Source of the DNA: Candidatus Enteromonas sp.
GTDB lineage: Bacteria > Bacillota_I > Bacilli_A > RFN20 > CAG-826
Direction of reading: 5' to 3'
NCBI GenBank assembly: GCA_034089705.1
Contig: JAXDTZ010000013.1
Location: forward strand, 9,522-73,521
DNA length: 64,000 bases
Shown here piece by piece: positions 16,850-25,065 of the stretch; position 1 is the first letter of the stretch; the number at the start of each line of letters is the position of its first letter. The position numbers were made by a program, and so were the translations under genes. Under the pieces are notes generated by a model. It saw only the letters and a program-made list of their open reading frames with translations, was not told where the DNA came from and searched no databases.

Positions 16850-17818
16850 TTAAATAATCCCCAAACTCACGAGCACGACCAAAAGGATCGCCGGCGCCCC
16901 AATGAGGATGCCATTTCGCACCATGATGAATCGGAGGGCTTTCCATTTTTTGTCTTGGACCGGCGTGACCCGCGGAACCTGCAAGAAGCCCAAAACGATG
17001 GCCCCGGCGGCGAAGATGCAATAGACGTTGATGGTGAACAAAACGGCGGATCCCGCTAGCATCTCCCATTGCCCGTTGGCCAAGCTATAGCCCATGGTGC
17101 AAACCGGAGGCATGAGGGCCGTGGCGATGGCGACCCCCGGGACGACGTTGGAATATTTGGAACTGCGAGTTTGGGCGATCATTCCCGCCGCTCCGCCGCA
17201 TAAGGCGATCAAGATATCGAACAAGTTGGGCGCGGTCCGTTTCATAAGTTCCTCGGTGGCTTCCTTGACGGGGCAAATCAAGAAGAAAATCGTCGCAACC
17301 CCCAAGGAAACGAGGAATTGGAAGGAGAATCCGTAAATCGCGTCGCGGGTAAAGCGAACATCCGCGGAGATGGCGCCATAAGAAATCGCCATCAAGGAAC
17401 CCATCAACGGGGAAATGAGCATCGCCCCGATGACCACGGGGATGCTGTCGGTGATCAAACCGACGCAGGCGATCAAAATCGCGAAGATCAAAATCGAGGC
17501 GTTGGTCCCGGTCACTTTCCCGCCCGAGACGATGCGTTCTTTGATTTTCTCGTGGCTCGCCACGTCGTCCCGAATGGAAAAGAAGGAATGGAGGCGCCTA
17601 CGAAAGGAACGGTGGCGGACCTTCTTATCCGAGGGGGTGATGTCGATGATGACGTCGGAATCGTTGTCTTCCCCCGACACCGCGTCGATGGAATGGGGTT
17701 CGTCGGGGAACTCGTCGAACGGATCGACGGATTTCGGGGTATCGGTTTCCGTTTCCCCTTGGGGAACTTCCGGTTCTTTGGGTTGAGGATCTTCGTGCAT
17801 ATTCGAAATTTTATTCAT
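16850..17818 (-). CDS. DUF389-like integral membrane protein
   Basis: Acidic cytoplasmic N-terminus followed by multiple TM segments with the DUF389-like motif VIGAMLISPLMG. Assigned by recall only. Confidence 0.5.
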   Translation of the reverse strand: MNKISNMHEDPQPKEPEVPQGETETDTPKSVDPFDEFPDEPHSIDAVSGEDNDSDVIIDITPSDKKVRHRSFRRRLHSFFSIRDDVASHEKIKERIVSGGKVTGTNASILIFAILIACVGLITDSIPVVIGAMLISPLMGSLMAISYGAISADVRFTRDAIYGFSFQFLVSLGVATIFFLICPVKEATEELMKRTAPNLFDILIALCGGAAGMIAQTRSSKYSNVVPGVAIATALMPPVCTMGYSLANGQWEMLAGSAVLFTINVYCIFAAGAIVLGFLQVPRVTPVQDKKWKALRFIMVRNGILIGAPAILLVVLVSLGII

Positions 17819-17892
17819 CCCGGGATTCTTGAAAAGCCCCCAAATTCAAAGAATCCCCATTTCCGGTTTTCTGCGTTTTAAATCCGCGAATT

Positions 17893-17926
17893 CCAAAAAA
17901 GAAATAGGAGCCGCGAACGCGACCCC
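17893..17926 (-). terminator. rho-independent terminator of the DUF1349-like gene (copy A of a duplicated terminator)
   Basis: Minus strand reads ggggtcgc-gttc-gcggctcc followed by tatttctttttt. Confidence 0.65.
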
Positions 17927-17935
17927 ATTTTGCTC
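17906..17935. repeat. direct repeat copy A (27/30 identical to 18852..18881)
   Basis: aggagccgCgaacgcgacCccattttgCtc aligns with aggagccgAgaacgcgacTccattttgTtc. Confidence 0.8.
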
Positions 17936-18011
17936 AGCGTGGGCAAACCTATTTGGATACAATTTGCCCTAAAATGCGTACAGTTGGACTCCCCGATAAA
18001 TCGGGATTTGT

Positions 18012-18620
18012 TTATTCTTCGTCGGGCTTTTGACCATCGTGCGCAAGCCATTTGCATTCGGTGATTTCCATATCCGTGAATGTCGCTTTGAATGAGGAAT
18101 TTTCCGGACTGCAAGCATAAACACCAAACCGAATGGTATCTTTCACGTTGAACATGTGGCAAATCCGCATTTGCTTGAAATGGACGCCGTCTGTTGAACT
18201 CTCAATGCAAAAATCATCATCCCTGCGGCTTAATCGAAACCATACTGACTTGATTTTTGCATCAACATCAACAGAAGACCAATCCGAATATCCGTTGTTC
18301 GTTACCACGCTGCCAAGGCGCTGAATTTCTTCGTTTTCATATTCCATAGATGCCTTCAGCCAGTTTTCGCTATCGAGATACATCACGATTCCGCTTTGGT
18401 CATAACGTACTTTGGTATCAAATTCTGTTTTCACTATAAAAGAAAAGTATTTTTCGTCTGTTTCTATTTGCAAAACGGGTGCGTTGTCATTTCGAAAATG
18501 ATAATAAGTTCTTTGCCACAAATCGGTATGTGGCTCTGTGATCATTTCGATGCTGCCATCTGTGATCTTGTACCGCTTCGGAGCTCTTGTCCATTTCATA
18601 TTCGCTGTATTCATTTTCAT
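18012..18620 (-). CDS. DUF1349-like (concanavalin-A-like lectin/glucanase fold) protein
   Basis: GAGGTG RBS lies 6 nt before the ATG at 18620. The sequence (TDLWQRTYY...NAP...DQSGIVMYLDSENWLK...) matches my recollection of DUF1349. The gene sits in a visibly AT-rich segment. Confidence 0.55.
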   Translation of the reverse strand: MKMNTANMKWTRAPKRYKITDGSIEMITEPHTDLWQRTYYHFRNDNAPVLQIETDEKYFSFIVKTEFDTKVRYDQSGIVMYLDSENWLKASMEYENEEIQRLGSVVTNNGYSDWSSVDVDAKIKSVWFRLSRRDDDFCIESSTDGVHFKQMRICHMFNVKDTIRFGVYACSPENSSFKATFTDMEITECKWLAHDGQKPDEE

Positions 18621-18654
18621 TTTCAGCACCTCGTCCGATTCTTATCGTTGAGTT

Positions 18655-18682
18655 TATATAGCAAAAAAATCGCGTTTTTCAA
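18655..18682 (-). promoter_or_regulatory. candidate promoter of the DUF1349-like gene
   Basis: Minus strand: TTGAAA (18677-18682), 16-nt spacer, TATATA (18655-18660). Confidence 0.4.
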
Positions 18683-18843
18683 ACCATTCGCCTGCCTATA
18701 ATGAAAATATCTTCTCGTAGCAATATTTATCGTTCACCGATAGACCTTTCGCGTAGATAAGGGAAAGCCCTTCAAAAGCGCGGTTCACCATTCCTGCATG
18801 GCCTTGTCGTTTACTTCCAAAACGGAAAGAACTCCCTTGATGC

Positions 18844-18872
18844 AAAGAAAAAGGAGCCGAGAACGCGACTCC
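18844..18872 (-). terminator. terminator downstream of tRNA-Gly (copy B of the duplicated terminator)
   Basis: Minus strand reads ggagtcg-cgttct-cggctcc with one mismatch, followed by tttttcttt. Confidence 0.55.
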
Positions 18873-18881
18873 ATTTTGTTC
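18852..18881. repeat. direct repeat copy B (27/30 identical to 17906..17935)
   Basis: See copy A. It ends 3 nt from the 3' end of tRNA-Gly. Confidence 0.8.
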
Positions 18882-18883
18882 GG

Positions 18884-18957
18884 TGGAGCAGGTGACGGGA
18901 ATCGGACCCGCGTGACCAGCTTGGAAGGCTGGTGTTCTACCATTGAACTACACCTGC
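18884..18957 (-). tRNA. tRNA-Gly (anticodon UCC), CCA encoded
   Basis: Hand-folded cloverleaf: acceptor gcaggtg/cacctgc, D arm gttc-aatggta-gaac, anticodon arm ccagc-cTTCCaa-gctgg, T arm gcggg-tccgatt-cccgt, discriminator U, CCA. Length 74 nt. Confidence 0.85.
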
Positions 18958-18961
18958 GCGC

Positions 18962-19038
18962 TGGCGGACCATACGAGATTCGAACTCGTGATCTCTTCCG
19001 TGACAGGGAAGCATGTTGGGCCGCTACACCAATGGTCC
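18962..19038 (-). tRNA. tRNA-Asp (anticodon GUC), CCA encoded
   Basis: Hand-folded cloverleaf: acceptor ggaccat/atggtcc, anticodon arm cttcc-ctGTCac-ggaag, T arm acgag-ttcgaat-ctcgt, discriminator G, CCA. Length 77 nt. It lies 4 nt upstream of tRNA-Gly. Confidence 0.9.
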
Positions 19039-19048
19039 AGCGAGACAT

Positions 19049-19077
19049 ATCATATATGAAGGGAATGCTTTGGGCAA
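19049..19077 (-). promoter_or_regulatory. candidate promoter of the tRNA-Asp/tRNA-Gly unit
   Basis: Minus strand: TTGCCC (19072-19077), 17-nt spacer, TATGAT (19049-19054), about 10 nt upstream of the mature tRNA-Asp 5' end. Confidence 0.5.
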
Positions 19078-19115
19078 ATACTTTTTTCAATTTTTCGTGC
19101 AATGCAATTTCAATG

Positions 19116-19190
19116 AAAAAACCCGCCTTGGAAGGGAGGTTCCCCAGCGGAAGCCCGACTTGGGTCCTGCCAGTAAGGCGGGTTTGCTTT
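19116..19190. terminator. long structured hairpin with T-runs on both strands (trxA terminator, possibly bidirectional)
   Basis: Outer stem aaacccgcctt (19119-19129) pairs with aaggcgggttt (19175-19185) around a roughly 45-nt GC-rich insert. An A6 run precedes it and tttgcttttt follows. It begins immediately after the trxA stop. Confidence 0.5.
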
Positions 19191-19502
19191 TTATAGTCCG
19201 AATTTGGCAAGCAAGCTGCGTTTCGGCGCGTAGCCAAGATGGCTCGCGACCACTTTTTTGTTCTCGATCTTGAACAGGTTCGGGATGGAAGACACCCCGA
19301 ATTCCGCCGCGGCTTGGGGGACGAGGTCCACGTTGACGCGAAGGACGGTGATCTCCGGGTGCTCTTCGGCGATTTCGCTCAAAATCGGGCTCAGCATTTT
19401 GCAAGGGCCGCACCATTCCGCGTAGAAGTCCACGATGATGGGCTGGGTCGAGGTTTCCACGAGGGTGTGGAATTGTTCGTTATTTTGGATATCGATTTCC
19501 AT
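19191..19502 (-). CDS. trxA: thioredoxin
   Basis: 103 aa with a WCGPC active site (DFYAEWCGPCKML). An AAGGAG RBS lies 6 nt upstream. Confidence 0.9.
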   Translation of the reverse strand: MEIDIQNNEQFHTLVETSTQPIIVDFYAEWCGPCKMLSPILSEIAEEHPEITVLRVNVDLVPQAAAEFGVSSIPNLFKIENKKVVASHLGYAPKRSLLAKFGL

Positions 19503-19526
19503 GAAGTTCTCCTTTTTTCGTAAACA

Positions 19527-20423
19527 CTATATCGAAAAGATCAGGAAAAGGACAATCAAATGCACCGGGAAATACCAATAGGCGATGAATCGGTAGATTT
19601 TGGAGTCGTATCCCCGTTTCCCGTTATAGAAATAAAGAAAAGGCGTCGCGAACAGGCAATAGGTCTCCAGCGACATGTCGATCCCGCCCCCGAGTTCTCC
19701 TTTTGGAGTCAAATACGAGATTCCCCAAAGGAGGACGGTCACGAGGAAAAAGAGGGTGATGCTTACGATGTTCAACGCTTTTCGGCCCGATGAGGTTTCG
19801 ATGAACGCATTCACGCTGATACCGTTTTCATTCAATGGCTTACGGAGCAAAACCCCAAGGACCGCGGGAGCAAAATAAAACCCTAAGGCGATGAGGAGGC
19901 CGAAGATCCCATACCCCGCGCGAAGGTAAAAGGGGAACCAATGGTTCACGTTGCTGGGATGGAAGCAATCGTAAACGTCGCACCCATAGCTGAGGATCAC
20001 GACCCCCGCGGGGAGAAGGGCGAACAACTTCCATGCCCCTTTTTGCCGAAGGCACGCCAAGGTCAAGCCGATGAGCACCAAATCGGTGAACGGATGGGGA
20101 GAGAGGGAATTCGGGGTGTAGCCAATCACGTCGGAAAACCCATAGACCGCTATGGTTTCCACCAAAGTGATGGCCGCGTATACCCCAAATAGGCGCAACA
20201 CGTAACGGAAGGGACGGGAGGTATGGCGCATCCCTTCCGCGAGCAAAAAGATGAACAAGGGAAAGGACACACGCCCGATGATGCGGAAAAGGAGACCAAG
20301 GCTTTGGGTGGAGGAAGACGCGCTTAAGAAAATCCCGATATGGTCGATGGTCATCAAAACCATCGCGATGATCTTGAGCCAAAAGCCATCGAAGATGCCG
20401 AAACGCTTCGTTTCTTCCATCAT
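19527..20423 (-). CDS. TraX-family membrane (acyltransferase-like) protein
   Basis: N-terminal LKIIAMVLMTIDHIG motif typical of TraX-family proteins, with about 8 TM segments. The start overlaps the upstream gene's stop. Confidence 0.5.
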   Translation of the reverse strand: MMEETKRFGIFDGFWLKIIAMVLMTIDHIGIFLSASSSTQSLGLLFRIIGRVSFPLFIFLLAEGMRHTSRPFRYVLRLFGVYAAITLVETIAVYGFSDVIGYTPNSLSPHPFTDLVLIGLTLACLRQKGAWKLFALLPAGVVILSYGCDVYDCFHPSNVNHWFPFYLRAGYGIFGLLIALGFYFAPAVLGVLLRKPLNENGISVNAFIETSSGRKALNIVSITLFFLVTVLLWGISYLTPKGELGGGIDMSLETYCLFATPFLYFYNGKRGYDSKIYRFIAYWYFPVHLIVLFLIFSI

Positions 20424-21292
20424 TTGGCTCCTAAGGTCAACAAAACGGAGAGCACGTTGTTGAGGACGTGGGCGATTACCGACGCGGAGAAACCTCCCTT
20501 GTGGTAAGCGACGCTCAACAAGATTCCCGCGGCGAGGTAACTCGGCAGGTTATAAAGTTCGACCACCAAAGCGCTAGGGTCCCCAAACGACCCAAAATCG
20601 AAATGGATGAGGGCGAATACGAGGGCGCTTGCGAGGTAAGCGGCGACCTTGCCAAACCGCCCAAAGAAGGAAAAGAGGCCAACGCGGTAGGTGAGTTCTT
20701 CGCAGACGGGGCCCACAAGTCCAAACACGAGGAAACTGGCGAGCGGGAATCCCGCCACGATATCCTGAATCGTGTTCTCGTTTCCATTGGGCTCGTAATT
20801 TCCCCCGGCAGCCGCCAAAATCGCGTTGAGGATGATCGAATAAATCATCGAAAACGCGAGCAATCCCACGAAAATCCCCACCCCGATCAGTACTGAACGG
20901 ATCTGCAAAAAGGAACGGAGGTTCTTTTTCCATCCGTCCCAAACGATGAGGGAGAGGATCGCGAACAAAAGGGCGTAGGTAATGAAATGGACGGGGCCGA
21001 CGTGGGCGATGCTTTTGCCAAACTCGATGAGCTCGGCTTCTCCCCAAGAGGGGTGGTTGCCCATGGCGATGACGAAATCGATTTGGGAAACGACGAGGGC
21101 GAGGACTTGAAACCCAAGCCACCCCATCAAAAACAGGGCGATTTGCCGCGCGAAAGGAAGAATCGTCATCTCGCGGTACCCCTGGACGGCGTCTTCGCGG
21201 CTCTTGGTTCCGCAATTTGGGCAAGAGGGAAGTTCGGAGTCGTAACGTCCCCCGCATTGCTCGCAGTTCGTTTTGCCGAAGAATCGTTTCAT
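20420..21292 (-). CDS. CPBP-family intramembrane glutamic endopeptidase with an N-terminal zinc ribbon
   Basis: CxxC...CxxC ribbon (CEQCGGRYDSELPSCPNCG) followed by CPBP motifs EELTYR, FALIHFDF and HVLNN in a multi-pass membrane domain. Confidence 0.8.
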   Translation of the reverse strand: MKRFFGKTNCEQCGGRYDSELPSCPNCGTKSREDAVQGYREMTILPFARQIALFLMGWLGFQVLALVVSQIDFVIAMGNHPSWGEAELIEFGKSIAHVGPVHFITYALLFAILSLIVWDGWKKNLRSFLQIRSVLIGVGIFVGLLAFSMIYSIILNAILAAAGGNYEPNGNENTIQDIVAGFPLASFLVFGLVGPVCEELTYRVGLFSFFGRFGKVAAYLASALVFALIHFDFGSFGDPSALVVELYNLPSYLAAGILLSVAYHKGGFSASVIAHVLNNVLSVLLTLGAK

Positions 21293-21370
21293 GCGGGATA
21301 TCTTACCACGGAGGAAAAATCCTGTCTTCTCCTATTGGAGAGTTCCGAGTTTTTGTCCATAATTAGAACC

Positions 21371-21982
21371 ATGAAACGAGTCGTGGAAAAAGGAACGGGC
21401 AACGCGAGCATGAACAAATCCAAGTTCGTCGCTTATCTGTTTCCCTGCGCTTCCGAAGAAGCCATCCCCTCCCTCCTCGCCGAAATCAAGAAATCCTCCC
21501 CCAAGGCCGACCATTACCCCTACGCCTACGCAATAGGCGGCAAGAAGAAGTCCAGCGACGACGGGGAACCCGGGGGAACCGGAGGTCGCCCCTTGCTCCA
21601 ACTCTTGGAAGGGGAATGCCTCGACCAGGCTTTCTTGTGCGTCGCGAGATATTTCGGAGGCGCTAAACTCGGGACCGGGAATCTGCGGCGGTGCTTCGTC
21701 GAGGCGGGGGCGGATGCGATCGCTAACGCCCGCCTTGGGGAAGAAAAGGAGAGGTACGCGTATTCGTTTTCCGTCTCCTATTCGGATTACGAAGCCCTCA
21801 AGCGCCTCTCTTCCCGCGCGCATTTCGTCATCGAAAACGCCGTTTTTGGAGAAAACGTGGAAACAACGCTCTCCAGTGGTGATAAACTAGATGCGGTTTT
21901 CGAAACGCTGCGCATAACCCCCGCTCCGGAAGCAACCCGACAAATCGTCATCGTGGAGATCCCAAACAATGAACGTCACTGA
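21371..21982 (+). CDS. YigZ / IMPACT-family protein
   Basis: Signature DDGEPGGTGGRPLL preceded by KSKFVAY. The ATG at 21371 was chosen. The longer ORF-track start (20987) runs antisense through the CPBP gene. Confidence 0.75.
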   Translation: MKRVVEKGTGNASMNKSKFVAYLFPCASEEAIPSLLAEIKKSSPKADHYPYAYAIGGKKKSSDDGEPGGTGGRPLLQLLEGECLDQAFLCVARYFGGAKLGTGNLRRCFVEAGADAIANARLGEEKERYAYSFSVSYSDYEALKRLSSRAHFVIENAVFGENVETTLSSGDKLDAVFETLRITPAPEATRQIVIVEIPNNERH

Positions 21983-23234
21983 ACTTTCCGCCCGCAGGAA
22001 GCGGGTATTCAACGCCATGGAAGATGGCTCCGTGCTATTGCTCTTTTCCGGCGTCCCCAAGGTCAAAAGCGCCGACGAAGATTACCCCTTCGAAGTCAAT
22101 CACAATTTCTATTATCTGACCGGTATCGAACAAGAGGACTGCGTTCTCATGATGGTCGTCAACCAAGGGGAAAGGAAAGAATACCTTTTCGTGCCCCCGT
22201 TTGACCCCGTCAAAGCCAAATGGTACGGCAAGCGCCTCTCCTTGGAAGAAGCCAATTCCATCAGCGGAATCCGCAACGTCTTGGTCAACCATTCCCTCGA
22301 AGGCAGGGTCCGGGGCGAACTCTCCGGTTCCTTCAGCGATTTCGGCACCGTCGACAAACTCTACGTCGACCAAGACGCCGAACTGAAAATCGCGGAAGCC
22401 ACCACGACGTTGGACTACGCTCATCGCCTCGTGGAAGCCTTCCCCGGGCTCACCCTTCTTGACGCCCGATCCCTTCTCGTCCCGCTGCGCCTCAAGAAGT
22501 CGAAAGCGGAAATCGAGGAATTCGAAAAGGCCGCCGAAACCACGCGCCTTGGCATCCAAGCCATGATGGCCGCCGCCCGGCCCGGGAAAAAGGAATACGA
22601 AATCGCGAACGTATTCTTCCACGCGATCAACGATTACAACGGGAACAACGGCTTATCCTTCCCCTCCATCGTCGCTTCGGGCAAGAACGCCTGCACCCTC
22701 CATTACCCCCACCCCAACGGCACCTTAAAAGACGGGGATTTGCTCCTCGTCGACGTCGGGGCCAGGAGTTCGTATTACTGCGGGGACGTTTCCCGCACCT
22801 TCCCCGTCTCCGGGCGTTTCACCCCGATCCAAAGGACCATCTACGAAATCGTCCTCGGGGCCAACCGAGAAATCCAAAAGATGGCCCGTCCTGGGGTGAC
22901 CATCCCCGAACTCCAATCCCTCGCCATCCATTACATGGCCGCGGAATGCGTGGACAAAGGCCTCCTAGAAAACCCCGACCAGATCAAAGACGTGTATTAC
23001 CATTCCTGCTCCCACTTCATCGGCCTTGACACCCATGACGTCGGGGAACGGAACGCCCCCCTCCAAGAAGGGAACGTGATTTCGAACGAACCCGGGCTCT
23101 ATTTCGAGAACCTTGGCATCGGCGTCCGCATCGAGGACGATTTGCTCATCACCCGTAACGGCTGCGTCAACTTGACGGAATCGATCGTCAAGGATCCTGA
23201 CGCCCTCGAAGTCCTGCTCAATAGCGGGCGTTAA
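21969..23234 (+). CDS. pepP: Xaa-Pro aminopeptidase (M24B)
   Basis: N-terminal AMP_N-like region and M24 metal ligand blocks (LLLVDVGA..YCGDVSRT, HFIGLDTHD, SNEPGLY, VRIEDD). Overlaps the upstream gene by 14 nt. Confidence 0.85.
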   Translation: MNVTELSARRKRVFNAMEDGSVLLLFSGVPKVKSADEDYPFEVNHNFYYLTGIEQEDCVLMMVVNQGERKEYLFVPPFDPVKAKWYGKRLSLEEANSISGIRNVLVNHSLEGRVRGELSGSFSDFGTVDKLYVDQDAELKIAEATTTLDYAHRLVEAFPGLTLLDARSLLVPLRLKKSKAEIEEFEKAAETTRLGIQAMMAAARPGKKEYEIANVFFHAINDYNGNNGLSFPSIVASGKNACTLHYPHPNGTLKDGDLLLVDVGARSSYYCGDVSRTFPVSGRFTPIQRTIYEIVLGANREIQKMARPGVTIPELQSLAIHYMAAECVDKGLLENPDQIKDVYYHSCSHFIGLDTHDVGERNAPLQEGNVISNEPGLYFENLGIGVRIEDDLLITRNGCVNLTESIVKDPDALEVLLNSGR

Positions 23235-23247
23235 CTCAACAGCAAGG

Positions 23248-23276
23248 AACCGCCAAGCCCCTTGGCGGTTTTCTTT
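23248..23276 (+). terminator. rho-independent terminator
   Basis: aaccgccaag pairs with cttggcggtt around a short C-rich loop, followed by ttttcttt. Confidence 0.75.
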
Positions 23277-23334
23277 CTGGTTCCTTTTCGATTCCCCGTT
23301 TCTTTTTCGCCCCAGAATCACTAAAATAAGGCAA

Positions 23335-24825
23335 ATGAAGAAATACATCCTGTCCATTGACCAGGGCACCACGTCGACCCGTGCCATTTTGGTCAACAAG
23401 TATGGCGAAGAAGTCTGCAAAGCGCAGCGTCCGGTCGATTGCGTTTTCCCTCGGCCCGGCTGGGTCGAAGTCGATGCCGACCGCATCTGGATCTCGGTCA
23501 TCGACGTCCTCAACGAGTTATTGGTCTTGGGCAACGTCTCCATGGACGATATCGCGGGGATTGGCTTGACCAACCAACGGGAAACCACCGTCGTGTGGGA
23601 GAAATCCACGGGTAGGGCCGTCCATAACGCGATCGTCTGGCAATCCAAGCAAACCCAGGAACTTTGCGATGAACGCGCTTCTTATAGCGACTTCATCCAT
23701 AAGAAGACCGGCCTTCGGATGAACCCCTATTTCAGCGCCTCCAAAATCCGTTACATCCTCGACGCCATCCCCGACGGGCAAGCCCGCGCCGAACGCGGGG
23801 AGTTGCTCTTCGGCACCATCGATTCCTGGCTGATCTACAAGATGACCAAAGGTCAGGTGCACGCGACCGACGTCTCCAACGCCTCCCGTACCTTGCTGTT
23901 TGATATCTTCCGGATGGCCTACGACAAAGAACTCTGCGACATCTGGGGCATCCCCATGAACATGCTCCCCGAAGCCAAAGAGAACAGCACCGATTACGGA
24001 GAAGCTTCCTATTTCCCGGGGCACGTCCATATCTATGGGGTCGCCGGAGACCAGCAAGCCGCCTTGTTTGGGCAATGCTGCTACCGCAAAGGCGATTCCA
24101 AAAACACCTATGGCACCGGATGCTTCATGCTCATGAATATTGGCCATACCCCGATTCTCAGCAAAGAAGGATTGCTCACCACCGTCGCCTGGAAGGAAAA
24201 CGGGGAAACGACTTACGCCCTCGAAGGTTCCGTCTTCATCGGAGGGGCCATTGTCCAATGGCTCCGCGACCAAACGAGGTGGTTCGAGGATTCCCCCGAT
24301 TCGGAATTCTACGCGAACAAAGTCCCCGACACCGCGGGAGTCTATTTCGTCCCCGCTTTCGTCGGGCTTGGCACGCCTTGGTGGGATGATGATACCCGCG
24401 GGGCCATCTTCGGGTTGACCCGTGGGGCGGAACGCCACAACATCACCCGCGCCGGCCTCGAATCCATCGCCTACCAATCCAAAGACGTCATCGAAACCAT
24501 GAAACGGGAAGCGGGCCTTGACCTCCATTCCTTGCGCGTCGACGGAGGGGCTTCCGCCAACGATTTGCTGATGCAATTCCAAGCCGACATCCTCCAATGC
24601 CAAGTCCACTTGCCCGTCTGCCTGGAAACCACCGCGCTAGGAGCCGCCTATTTCGCGGGTCTTGCCTGCGGGTTCTACGATTCCAAGCGCGACATCGAAT
24701 CCAACCATGGTATCCGCAAGAGATTCCAACCCCGCATGAGCAAAGAAGAAGCGGAAGAACGTTACGATGGATGGCTCTGCGCCATCGCCGCCGCCCGCGC
24801 CTTCAAGCCAAAGAAGAAAGCTTAA
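23335..24825 (+). CDS. glpK: glycerol kinase
   Basis: 496 aa. The N-terminus YILSIDQGTTSTRAIL and full-length FGGY-kinase/GlpK-like sequence support the call. Confidence 0.95.
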   Translation: MKKYILSIDQGTTSTRAILVNKYGEEVCKAQRPVDCVFPRPGWVEVDADRIWISVIDVLNELLVLGNVSMDDIAGIGLTNQRETTVVWEKSTGRAVHNAIVWQSKQTQELCDERASYSDFIHKKTGLRMNPYFSASKIRYILDAIPDGQARAERGELLFGTIDSWLIYKMTKGQVHATDVSNASRTLLFDIFRMAYDKELCDIWGIPMNMLPEAKENSTDYGEASYFPGHVHIYGVAGDQQAALFGQCCYRKGDSKNTYGTGCFMLMNIGHTPILSKEGLLTTVAWKENGETTYALEGSVFIGGAIVQWLRDQTRWFEDSPDSEFYANKVPDTAGVYFVPAFVGLGTPWWDDDTRGAIFGLTRGAERHNITRAGLESIAYQSKDVIETMKREAGLDLHSLRVDGGASANDLLMQFQADILQCQVHLPVCLETTALGAAYFAGLACGFYDSKRDIESNHGIRKRFQPRMSKEEAEERYDGWLCAIAAARAFKPKKKA

Positions 24826-25065
24826 TCTCAAATTCGAATACACGTCCCCCTTGTTTTTGGTTATTTTCTGTTCTTCGCATAGCCAATAAAACGCCTCCCA
24901 GGCTTTCGGATTTCTTCGTTTTGGAACCATTCACCCTTCCGTTTCTTTCTTGCCCTCGCGCGATTTGTTTTCCTTTTTCCCGAAAAACAGGATAAACTTC
25001 CTTTCGTGAGACGCTTAGCTTTGTTAAACGGCGCGATCGTGCTTTGCCCAAAAGGGCTGAAAACG

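Noticed and set aside
19527-21292. TraX-family and CPBP genes as possible remnants of a conjugative element or of a bacteriocin-immunity/abortive-infection module
   Set aside because: No relaxase, coupling protein, T4SS, bacteriocin or toxin genes are adjacent. The composition matches the flanks. Both families are commonly chromosomal housekeeping-like membrane proteins.
20987-21370. Upstream extension of the YigZ-like ORF. Analogous extensions occur at 58392..58817 (glgA), 27729..27827 (AAA+-protease), 63362..63463 (GGDEF/EAL-like gene), 16848..17069 (rdgB), 42154..42315 (CxxC lipoprotein), 53660..53764 (kinase) and 50535..50687 (RsmB-like).
   Set aside because: These extensions overlap neighbouring genes or intergenic DNA and lack RBSs. 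In every case an internal ATG with a good RBS coincides with the start of family homology or of a signal peptide.
24826-25065. Intergenic region after glpK as a terminator or regulatory RNA
   Set aside because: No stable hairpin with a T-run was found. The region is T-rich but featureless, and it may simply contain the promoter of the downstream unknown gene pair.
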